12,023 bases of DNA from the IMG/VR virus record IMGVR_UViG_3300020047_007580; one strand, given 5' to 3'. Positions 5,217 through 12,023 of the stretch are shown here, piece by piece (position 1 is the stretch's first letter; each line of letters opens with the position of its first letter). The DNA comes from a virus. Its lineage: Duplodnaviria; Heunggongvirae; Uroviricota; Caudoviricetes; Crassvirales. The translations under genes and the position numbers were made by a program. The notes below the pieces were generated by a model. It did no database searches. It worked only from the letters and a program-made list of their open reading frames with translations, and was not told the origin of the DNA.

Positions 5217-8198
5217 TTAACGAGAGACCCAGTTTGTTCCGTTGTGCCACACCGGCGCTACTACTGAACCTCCTCCTACTAAAACCCCTAGATATGTTGG
5301 TGCCGTAGCATCTGTAACTATTGCCTTATCATTTAAAACTCCACTAGGAAGAGTACTTACTGTATAGGTTGAATTTGGAGTAACATCTATAGTATAAACG
5401 CCATCTACTAATGGAGCAGGAAACCTTAATGTTGATACAGAAAACGGACCGTCTATCTCTATATGTGTTGAATGACCCGTTAAAATATTTGATGTATTGA
5501 TACCTATATTTCCCTGAAAAACACCATAATCACTAGTAAGATTAGATATTGAGTTGTAACTACCTATATTTATATTTTCAGTGGATATGTTTAAAATAGA
5601 ATAATCAGTTCCGTTAGAACAACTTATTTCACTTGAATATCCTCCTAAACCATCATCTACGAGTAAATTTAAAGTAGAACTACCTTTAAGTACCGTATTA
5701 CCTGCATCTATAATTTTTTCCAAATCAATAGCATCAAGATCATCCGTGGTAGCTATTATATAATTACCATCAATTTTACTGGATGGAAATGCAAATTGCA
5801 AATCAGCTGATGTAATACTTCCATCTGCATAAGATATAGATATTTTTCTACCCACTGTAGGTTCTGTAGTAAGTATAGATTCGCTAGAATATTCAGTGGA
5901 TGATAAACTTGGTTGATATAACGTAATAGACCCAGATGCTACATTATCATTTAGGTCTTGTTCCATTACCTGTTTTAATGTAGGAATATCATCTGTAGTA
6001 GCTAAAGTATAAGTCCCTGACGTTGAAGGAGTAGGAAAATTAACAATTACGGCATCTGCTAAAGGAGTTCCGAGAACTACTTTTTGTTGATTTACACCTG
6101 CATTTGTTTCAAAAAAAGTTTCATATGGTCTTGCCGTAATTACAGCATAATCTCCAGAAACGTCATCATCAGCTCTTAGATATGTTTCATCGTTGTCAAT
6201 CTTTAAAGACGCAGACCTTTCAAGCGTTCCTGATTTTAATCGTATTGTTCTATCATTTTCGTCTCCTGACAAAATATCTACAAAACTATTACCTCCGTCA
6301 ACTTCGGCATAACTACCAACGTTAATAACTTTCTGTAAGTCAAAAGAACTATTTAAATATTCTTTTGTTATCAATATTTTTCCAGTAACATCTGCGTTAA
6401 TTAAATCTGGCGTCAAGCTAGGCGCTTCTACTGAACCGTTTAATCTAACTTTAAAAGCGTCACTTCTAGTAAGTACTGTATAAGTATTGTCTGCATTTTG
6501 AATAGTTCCATTACCTACCGTAAATAAAGCTTTAGTAGGTACAGTATTAAAATCTAAAATAGATTCTGAAATAATATTAGCGGCCTGTCCTACTACAGTA
6601 GCATTCATAGAAGTTACATTGTGGCCAATTCCTGTTAAAAAATTAGTATAACCTCTATCATACATATTGTAACCAGAGTTAAAACTTCCTATTCCTCCAT
6701 TATCAATAAGGTATCCAAAAGAAGATGCCCCGTATCCATTAGAACTCACTCTATTACCCATTGCAAAAGAGTAAGAGGCTATGGCACCATAAGGAGTCCC
6801 TGCAGAAGGCGTAAAAGCATAACTTACATCAAAAGACCTGTTTCCTGGAGTCCCATAATTAGCTGCAGTTCTTCCTCTAAGAAATACCCCTGTTCCTGTT
6901 TTGTCTAATGGTATATTATCTAATGTAGCTAAAGTATAATCTCCTGCCACAGTTTTTGCAGGTATTTTTATATTAGTATCTGAAACTGAAGGCTCAAAAG
7001 ACAAACTTGTTAAATTTCCTGTTGTTTCGTTATTTTCTTGTATATTTATAAATCCATCATTTATATTTATAAATCCTGTTTGTGAGATGTTCTGATTACT
7101 TATTTCCGCAACTCTTCCAGACATTGATAAATTTGAATTTGAAATTAAATCTGACGAATAAACCCTTAATCCAGAACTTGTTTCTCCTTCTTCTACGGCT
7201 AAAAAATTAACATAACTACCGTTTTTTTCAGCATAACCTCCAACATCAATAACTTTTTGCAAATCAACAGCATCAATATCATCTGTAGTGGCTAAAGTGT
7301 AATCTCCTGCCACAGTTTTTGCAGGGAAGTTTAGTGTAGTATCTATTAAAGGTTTTAAAGGCGTAATCACTGTCCCGTAAGCTCCTGCTCTTACGTTTAA
7401 AAATACATTTTGGTTCTCAGCTTTTATACTTGCGTAATTGCCTAACTCATAGTTTGAGCTATTTAGACCTGCTCTAATATAATCTATCTGCAAATCATTA
7501 ACTTCTATCTCAGTTCCTATTTTTAAATTAACTTCTCTGTCAGTTATGTCGTCAATACTGCTTGCAAATTCAATACTACTGTTTGGGTCTCCTAATTCTG
7601 CATAACCTCCAACGTTAATAACTTCCTGCAAACTTTGTTGTTGTTCTTGACCAACAACTACAAACTGATTTGTTCCGTTAGCTCCATCATTCACTAAATC
7701 AGAAGTTTTAGTCGGAATGTTTGGTTTATTAAGAATCATTGAGATTCCTGATATTGCTGCCCAGTCTGCGTTTACTTGTTCAGCTCCAGCAGGTATAACT
7801 GCATTAATAACATAAGGGTTAGCAATTGTTCCAGTTCCAGCAATAGTAATATTTGAACCTTGATTAATCTTTGTTTCACTTCCATCAGCTACACTTATTG
7901 AAGAGTTTGTAATAACATAAGGATTAGCCACAGATCCATTACCTGAAACTGTAATACCTGTTCCTTGTTGCACTTTTGTTTCAGTTCCGTCAACTACTGC
8001 CGTAACTATTATATCACCAATTCCCAATAGAGATTGGCCATTCACAGTTTTAAGGTTGAATGAACCTCCAGAACAAGCGCTTACACTTTCTATTAAATCA
8101 ACTATTGATCTTAAGTCAATAGCTTTTAGATTATAGCATTTTGTAAACATTGTTTTTAATCTTGCTGATTCTACAGCTATCTTATCGCAATTTATCAT
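5217..8198 (-). CDS. Modular tail fibre / receptor-binding protein, 993 aa
   Basis: Gly/Ser/Thr/Asn-rich. Contains fibre-type motifs KTVNGQSLLGxG, GxGxxxNPYVI (twice), QxNADW...LNKP and PTKTSDLVND, five internally repeated modules, a 14-residue-period YadA-like beta-roll, and a C-terminal YTVxTLP...VTDA...GGG...PVWHNGxNW domain. Confidence 0.85.
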   Translation of the reverse strand: MINCDKIAVESARLKTMFTKCYNLKAIDLRSIVDLIESVSACSGGSFNLKTVNGQSLLGIGDIIVTAVVDGTETKVQQGTGITVSGNGSVANPYVITNSSISVADGSETKINQGSNITIAGTGTIANPYVINAVIPAGAEQVNADWAAISGISMILNKPNIPTKTSDLVNDGANGTNQFVVVGQEQQQSLQEVINVGGYAELGDPNSSIEFASSIDDITDREVNLKIGTEIEVNDLQIDYIRAGLNSSNYELGNYASIKAENQNVFLNVRAGAYGTVITPLKPLIDTTLNFPAKTVAGDYTLATTDDIDAVDLQKVIDVGGYAEKNGSYVNFLAVEEGETSSGLRVYSSDLISNSNLSMSGRVAEISNQNISQTGFININDGFINIQENNETTGNLTSLSFEPSVSDTNIKIPAKTVAGDYTLATLDNIPLDKTGTGVFLRGRTAANYGTPGNRSFDVSYAFTPSAGTPYGAIASYSFAMGNRVSSNGYGASSFGYLIDNGGIGSFNSGYNMYDRGYTNFLTGIGHNVTSMNATVVGQAANIISESILDFNTVPTKALFTVGNGTIQNADNTYTVLTRSDAFKVRLNGSVEAPSLTPDLINADVTGKILITKEYLNSSFDLQKVINVGSYAEVDGGNSFVDILSGDENDRTIRLKSGTLERSASLKIDNDETYLRADDDVSGDYAVITARPYETFFETNAGVNQQKVVLGTPLADAVIVNFPTPSTSGTYTLATTDDIPTLKQVMEQDLNDNVASGSITLYQPSLSSTEYSSESILTTEPTVGRKISISYADGSITSADLQFAFPSSKIDGNYIIATTDDLDAIDLEKIIDAGNTVLKGSSTLNLLVDDGLGGYSSEISCSNGTDYSILNISTENINIGSYNSISNLTSDYGVFQGNIGINTSNILTGHSTHIEIDGPFSVSTLRFPAPLVDGVYTIDVTPNSTYTVSTLPSGVLNDKAIVTDATAPTYLGVLVGGGSVVAPVWHNGTNWVSR
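6307..7634. repeat. Three related 35-bp module-start sequences encoding LQxVIxVGxYA (6307-6341, 7231-7265, 7600-7634)
   Basis: GCATAACTACCAACGTTAATAACTTTCTGTAAGTC, GCATAACCTCCAACATCAATAACTTTTTGCAAATC and GCATAACCTCCAACGTTAATAACTTCCTGCAAACT on the plus strand. Confidence 0.85.
6925..7325. repeat. 38-bp direct repeat (36/38 identical) encoding PAKTVAGDYTLAT, copies at 6925-6962 and 7288-7325
   Basis: GT(A/G)GCTAAAGT(A/G)TAATCTCCTGCCACAGTTTTTGCAGG. The copies are 363 bp (121 codons) apart and both mismatches are synonymous. Confidence 0.92.
7800..7995 (-). repeat. Two tandem 35-aa repeats in the fibre N-terminal stalk
   Basis: DGTETKVQQGTGITVSGNGSVANPYVI versus DGSETKINQGSNITIAGTGTIANPYVI. The DNA word TAATAACATAAGG occurs at 7805 and 7910, 105 bp apart. 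Confidence 0.9.
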
Positions 8199-8204
8199 GG
8201 CTTA

Positions 8205-8441
8205 TTATTTATTTCTACATATATCTGGACAATCAATCTCAATTCTTTTCATTAAGATATCTAGTTTTCTTCTGAAAGATACTCCGTCCGCGTCAACATC
8301 AGTATCTCTTATTAGGCTTTTATATTTTAATGCTAGCTTATAGAATGATATTCTAGAAACATCTGCATCTCCGTAGTATTTAAGCCTATTAGTCATGTTG
8401 CCAATTGTGTCAACATAAATGTTCTGTTCTAATGTAGTCAT
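8205..8441 (-). CDS. Small structural protein, probable tail hub B-like subunit, 78 aa
   Basis: Coupled to the upstream gene by a TAATG overlap at 8441. Has LxYxG and a C-terminal CxxxC, loosely like the crAss protein at this position. The call rests mainly on synteny. Confidence 0.5.
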   Translation of the reverse strand: MTTLEQNIYVDTIGNMTNRLKYYGDADVSRISFYKLALKYKSLIRDTDVDADGVSFRRKLDILMKRIEIDCPDICRNK

Positions 8442-8989
8442 TATACTAATACAAATGCCCCGTCAAGGATTCCGTATCCTGAAGTACATCCAGTAAGACA
8501 CGCGTCTATACTTCCTGAACATAGTTTTCTTAAGGCATAAAAGTTAACTACTGCATTTGTGTACTTGCCTACTATCAGTGCATTCTTAAGACCTTCTAGG
8601 TAAAGATCAATTACCAATGCATTCTGTAAACTATCGTCACAACTTAAGCAATCTCCATTTATTTTAGTTAATGAATCATTTACTGCGTAGAAGAATTGAG
8701 TAAAATTACAAGCAGCAACGGTTACGTCTTCTACTCCAACTTCATTTGTCCCGAATGTTCCAAAATAGATTCCATTAAAAGAATCAAGATTGAGATCTAT
8801 AGGATTCAAAATTATATCTTCTACCTCATCAATCTGCAACAACTTCGAAGTTAAATCAACCTCTGTATCCAAGTATGTTTCGTCAGTTTGCATTTTAAAA
8901 GAGTCTATTCTCTTTCCGGCAGCAGCTGTAACTCTGATAGTTAATGTTTTCATGTCTGCTGAGACTTGAAACGTATTCACTGTTATCAT
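8441..8989 (-). CDS. Structural protein, probable tail hub A-like subunit, 182 aa
   Basis: MITVNTFQVSADxxxLxI start and LxGLxNALxxGxYxxA end resemble the crAss family found between the auxiliary capsid and ring genes. Contains six Cys. Confidence 0.55.
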   Translation of the reverse strand: MITVNTFQVSADMKTLTIRVTAAAGKRIDSFKMQTDETYLDTEVDLTSKLLQIDEVEDIILNPIDLNLDSFNGIYFGTFGTNEVGVEDVTVAACNFTQFFYAVNDSLTKINGDCLSCDDSLQNALVIDLYLEGLKNALIVGKYTNAVVNFYALRKLCSGSIDACLTGCTSGYGILDGAFVLV

Positions 8990-9009
8990 ATTGTTTTTGT
9001 TTTAAAGTT

Positions 9010-9044
9010 AAAAAAAAAGGAGCTGAGCATTGCCCAACTCCTTT
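9010..9044 (-). terminator. Rho-independent terminator after the auxiliary capsid gene
   Basis: Minus strand AAAGGAGTTGGGC-AAT-GCTCAGCTCCTTT ending in a run of nine T. The 13-bp stem has two G-U wobbles that pair only on the minus-strand transcript. Confidence 0.9.
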
Positions 9045-9067
9045 AGTCATTTAATATTGTAATTAGA

Positions 9068-10081
9068 TTACACTGCGGCAATAACTGCTACTGAACCAGC
9101 TCCTAAAATTGTGTTAAGATTCGCTACCATTGCATTAAACTGTGCGTTAGGCACGGCTGCAGTTGGCATAGCGATAGTAATACCTTTTTTAGATTGCTTA
9201 GCTTCGTCTCTACCTAAAGAGAAATAACCAATTTCAATCACATTGTAAGTGTTACTTAGAACAGAATCATAAGTTCCTGCGAAGTTATGAGGTGCTCCCA
9301 TCTCACGGTACACATCGTTTCTTTCACCTTTCAAGTACCACTCCATATCAGCAATACTGTATCCATCTCCAATTGCAGGTTTTGCAGTAACTACTGTGAA
9401 AACAGGAAGAGTTGTAAATTTAGCATTTACTACGAAAGGCATTGAAGTTCTTGTGTGACGTCCCAATTGATAAGTCAATCCAACCCAAGTATTCTTTTCA
9501 GTGATAACTAAAGCAGCGTTAGCTCCTGTACCAGTTTTTGTGAAAGAGAAATAAGCATTGTCCGGGATCTGAACTACAGAAGCATTCGCTAATGTGTATG
9601 CAGTAGTTGTTGAAAGTAATGGCTCTTCTCTTTTGAAGTTACGAGCTAATGCTTGAACTAAACCATCTACAATATTCTCTGCTGTGTTACCGGCAACTGC
9701 TTTGTAGAAAGCTTTTTTGATGTATTCATTTTCTGCTGATAAAGAACCAAAGTCTTTGATTGCGATTTCAACTGTATACAATGTGTTTGCATTTACTGTA
9801 ATTCCAGAAATAGTAGTTGATCCTAAAACTTGAGCTGAATAAGCTCTTGATTTTGATAATGTAACATTCTTTGGATCAACGATATCTGATGTGATAAGTG
9901 TTCCTTTGTTACTCTTTTGCATGAAGACGAACTTCTTGCCAGCTGCTGGTGCTGTACCGTCTGCTGATAAGATAGCTAATGCTCCATTAGCTCCAGCTTT
10001 TACAGCTGCAACGTTTGCATGTCCAGGGTACGTAAGGGCTACATACATCTGTCTAACTTGATTTTGTCCTGCTAAACTCAT
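9068..10081 (-). CDS. Auxiliary (minor) capsid protein, crAss-like, 337 aa
   Basis: N-terminal NQVRQxYVA and C-terminal GxGxxIADxEWYxxGERxDxYRxxGxP recalled from the PhiCrAss001 gp36-type family. Ala/Thr-rich and followed by a strong terminator. Confidence 0.8.
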   Translation of the reverse strand: MSLAGQNQVRQMYVALTYPGHANVAAVKAGANGALAILSADGTAPAAGKKFVFMQKSNKGTLITSDIVDPKNVTLSKSRAYSAQVLGSTTISGITVNANTLYTVEIAIKDFGSLSAENEYIKKAFYKAVAGNTAENIVDGLVQALARNFKREEPLLSTTTAYTLANASVVQIPDNAYFSFTKTGTGANAALVITEKNTWVGLTYQLGRHTRTSMPFVVNAKFTTLPVFTVVTAKPAIGDGYSIADMEWYLKGERNDVYREMGAPHNFAGTYDSVLSNTYNVIEIGYFSLGRDEAKQSKKGITIAMPTAAVPNAQFNAMVANLNTILGAGSVAVIAAV

Positions 10082-10100
10082 AATTATAAATTGTTTTTAA

Positions 10101-10838
10101 TTAAACTACTCTTTGATTTGTTTGAATTTTACTCTGAAGACTATTTTCTCTATAGTCCCTGATGGCTAACTCAACAGCCCTGTTTAATATTTCTCTGTGA
10201 ATACTCTCGTCTAATTCACATTGCTTTATTTGGTTTAATCCATTCACTGTTAATCCTAATCCTGTAACAGAAGCATCTAACTCAAAGTTAGCTAAAACTA
10301 TTGGCGAGGGATATTTTACATACCTCATTGAATAAGAGATTAATGGCACTTCAGAAACCAATTCTACATTCTTTAATGTAGCGTCTTTAGATATGTCCAG
10401 TCTAAATACCCTTTTTCCATTTGGCTTCCTAAAAGGATTCTTCATGCTTGAATTTAAGTCGTCGTAACTTATTGGGTTAACTTCAACTGTAACTCTTTCT
10501 CCGCAGTTATTGGATAAGTCCGCGGCCTCATATACAATATACATTACATCTGCCGGAATGTTTACTAACTTTGATTTAGTTGAAAGTGACTTTGATGAAG
10601 TAATAAAAGATGCTGATTTAAAATCTTTAACTAGCTCTGATAATTCTCTTCTTTTTTGTTCGTCTCCTTCAAAACTCCTTTTTAATGGATTGTATCCGCA
10701 GTAAGCCGCTTTTACTAATTCAAATTGAGCTGTAGTTAAATACACACTCTTTTCGTAAACATCCAGTCCAGGAGCAGAACTGCTTGAAATATTGTCATAA
10801 AGAATGTCAAATTCAGTACTAAATTCTGCTACTGTCAT
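10101..10838 (-). CDS. Tail ring protein (R3-R5 type), 245 aa
   Basis: MTxxEFSxEFDxLYxNIxSxxAPGLDxYEKSVxLTxAQ start, DxYxxxxxNPFxxP, and CELxxxxHxEIxxRAVxLA recalled from the crAss gp34/gp35-type ring family. Confidence 0.82.
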   Translation of the reverse strand: MTVAEFSTEFDILYDNISSSSAPGLDVYEKSVYLTTAQFELVKAAYCGYNPLKRSFEGDEQKRRELSELVKDFKSASFITSSKSLSTKSKLVNIPADVMYIVYEAADLSNNCGERVTVEVNPISYDDLNSSMKNPFRKPNGKRVFRLDISKDATLKNVELVSEVPLISYSMRYVKYPSPIVLANFELDASVTGLGLTVNGLNQIKQCELDESIHREILNRAVELAIRDYRENSLQSKIQTNQRVV

Positions 10839-10849
10839 GGTCTATATTT

Positions 10850-11773
10850 TTATTGTTTAGAATTCTTCAATTTTGCTTGCAATGCAAGTCTCATTTCTTG
10901 TCCTAATGGAGAAGCTAAATACTTAGCGGCAGTTTCCAATACTGGAATATCTCCCTCAGAAATTGGCTGATTGTCCAAAGTATAGAATTTCTTGTCAGTC
11001 TTGATGACAACTCCATTTTCAAAAGCTTCTTCTAAAAGAACCTTAGTTTCAATCAATGGATCAGCAGTAACTGCAACAAACATGTTTGGATCTTTCTCAA
11101 TCATTTTAGCTGTCTCAACTTGCAAGAAGCTTAACTCTTGAGTCTTAGAAGTATAACGTCCTAAGTTTCTTAAGATATATCTCAAGACATCTTTCTTGTT
11201 TTTGAATTCTACATACTTCTCGAAAGCAAGTACTTTGTTTCCAACAGAATCTTTTTCTTTTCTCAATTCTTCTCCTTCAGCAATCATTACAAAACGGTAT
11301 GTAGCTTTATTTCTAATCTCATCTAAGCTTGACGCAACTAATGGACTAACTAACAATACTTTGTAAAGTAAATACTGAACTGGATCTGACAAGTCAAATT
11401 TAACATCATCTTTACCTAAGAATACAGGAAACATTCCTCCTTTTTTGTACTCTTCTTTCCAGAATGCACCGTAGATACTTAAATCTTTTTTAAGTAAGTA
11501 TTCCAAACCAGCTTTCTCTTTGTTGGTTAAGATATTCTTCATTTTGTTATTGTCTAACAATGGCACCGGAATTGCAATTGAACTGTTCTCAAACAATCCA
11601 CCGTATCCAACGTGCTTTGGATCTTTAATTGCAGCAGTCTCTTTACGAATGTACTTTACAGTAACAACTTCTGCTCTTAAAAAATCTGTTGAAGGCAATT
11701 CATTTCCTTGGTAATCTTTTTCAGCAATAGCTCTACTATCGTCTTGAAACTTGTCTTTATTCTTTTCACTCAT
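10850..11773 (-). CDS. Conserved crAss protein encoded immediately after the MCP gene (function unknown), 307 aa
   Basis: Motifs PKHVxYGGxxE, NxLTxxEKxxLE, FW, and DLSxPxxYxxYKxLL recalled from the crAss gene-75 family. Position matches. Confidence 0.75.
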   Translation of the reverse strand: MSEKNKDKFQDDSRAIAEKDYQGNELPSTDFLRAEVVTVKYIRKETAAIKDPKHVGYGGLFENSSIAIPVPLLDNNKMKNILTNKEKAGLEYLLKKDLSIYGAFWKEEYKKGGMFPVFLGKDDVKFDLSDPVQYLLYKVLLVSPLVASSLDEIRNKATYRFVMIAEGEELRKEKDSVGNKVLAFEKYVEFKNKKDVLRYILRNLGRYTSKTQELSFLQVETAKMIEKDPNMFVAVTADPLIETKVLLEEAFENGVVIKTDKKFYTLDNQPISEGDIPVLETAAKYLASPLGQEMRLALQAKLKNSKQ

Positions 11774-11861
11774 GATTCATTCTTCTTTTTATTGATTCTT
11801 CTTCTCTCTCTTATGAAGTTGTAGGATTGATAAGCTCACTTCCTACTAAAGCATTTGTTTG

Positions 11862-11869
11862 CAAATATA
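11862..11869 (-). promoter_or_regulatory. Candidate Bacteroidota -7 promoter box TATATTTG
   Basis: Minus strand TATATTTG followed by CAAAC, in the intergenic region 88 nt upstream of the ATG at 11773. No TTG was found at the usual -33 spacing. Confidence 0.45.
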
Positions 11870-11895
11870 GCGAGATACTTTTAATATCTCGCTAT
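11867..11895. repeat. Perfect 11-bp inverted repeat with a 7-nt loop after the MCP stop (hairpin, possible leaky terminator or operator)
   Basis: ATAGCGAGATA (11867-11877) / TATCTCGCTAT (11885-11895). On the minus strand it is followed only by ATTTG, a poor U-tract. Confidence 0.85.
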
Positions 11896-11910
11896 TTCTA
11901 CTAATTATTA

Positions 11911-12023
11911 TTACGCAAGAACGTAAGGGATAATTTGTGCAGTTCTAGAAGGGTCGTAAACAACAACTCCTAATTGACACCATTTAGTAATGGTTCCTGC
12001 ATCTTCCAATGTTCCCATGTTAC
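11911..12023 (-). CDS. Major capsid protein, crAss-like (last 36 codons only)
   Basis: Hand translation gives NMGTLEDAGTITKWCQLGVVVYDPSRTAQIIPYVLA then TAA at 11913-11911. This resembles the recalled crAss MCP C-terminus (ED....H....LGV.V.DP.RT..LIP..L), and the position fits. Confidence 0.8.
   Translation of the reverse strand, partial: NMGTLEDAGTITKWCQLGVVVYDPSRTAQIIPYVLA

Noticed and set aside
6925-7325. 38-bp repeats as a CRISPR array
   Set aside because: Only two close copies, 363 bp apart, in frame within a protein, with synonymous differences.
5217-8198. Diversity-generating retroelement or invertible cassette acting on the fibre
   Set aside because: No reverse transcriptase or recombinase in the window. 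The repeats are short, direct and in frame, and do not form a long template/variable pair.
10510-11714. Plus-strand 64-aa ORFs at 10510-10704 and 11520-11714
   Set aside because: Short antisense shadows of conserved structural-module genes.
11905-11913. Three tandem TAA codons after the MCP gene
   Set aside because: Real, but tandem stops after highly expressed genes in AT-rich DNA are unremarkable.
1-12023. Stop-codon reassignment (TAG or TGA), known in some crAss-like phages
   Set aside because: Standard-code ORFs tile the window at full expected length with no internal stops, so there is no sign of recoding here.

Overview
AT-rich phage DNA with every real gene on the minus strand. It is the capsid-to-tail morphogenesis module of a crAss-like phage (Crassvirales; Bacteroidota host inferred). 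In transcription order (right to left) it holds: the 3' end of the major capsid protein gene, a conserved post-MCP protein, a ring protein, an auxiliary capsid protein, two probable tail-hub proteins, a 993-aa modular fibre and its small chaperone-like partner, an atypical metallophosphoesterase, a second ring protein, an IHF-like protein, a third ring (tail tubular) protein, and the 5' part (659 codons) of the muzzle/tail-stabilisation gene. The two edge genes are missing from the ORF track and were translated by hand. Family assignments come from recalled motifs plus synteny with PhiCrAss001, not from database searches. The most unusual observations are three. Two intergenic perfect inverted repeats each run directly into a Bacteroidota TAnnTTTG promoter box. 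The fibre is built from variable modules joined by DNA-level conserved junctions. The phosphoesterase has Cys in place of the first metal-binding Asp and sits behind its own host-type promoter inside the structural operon.
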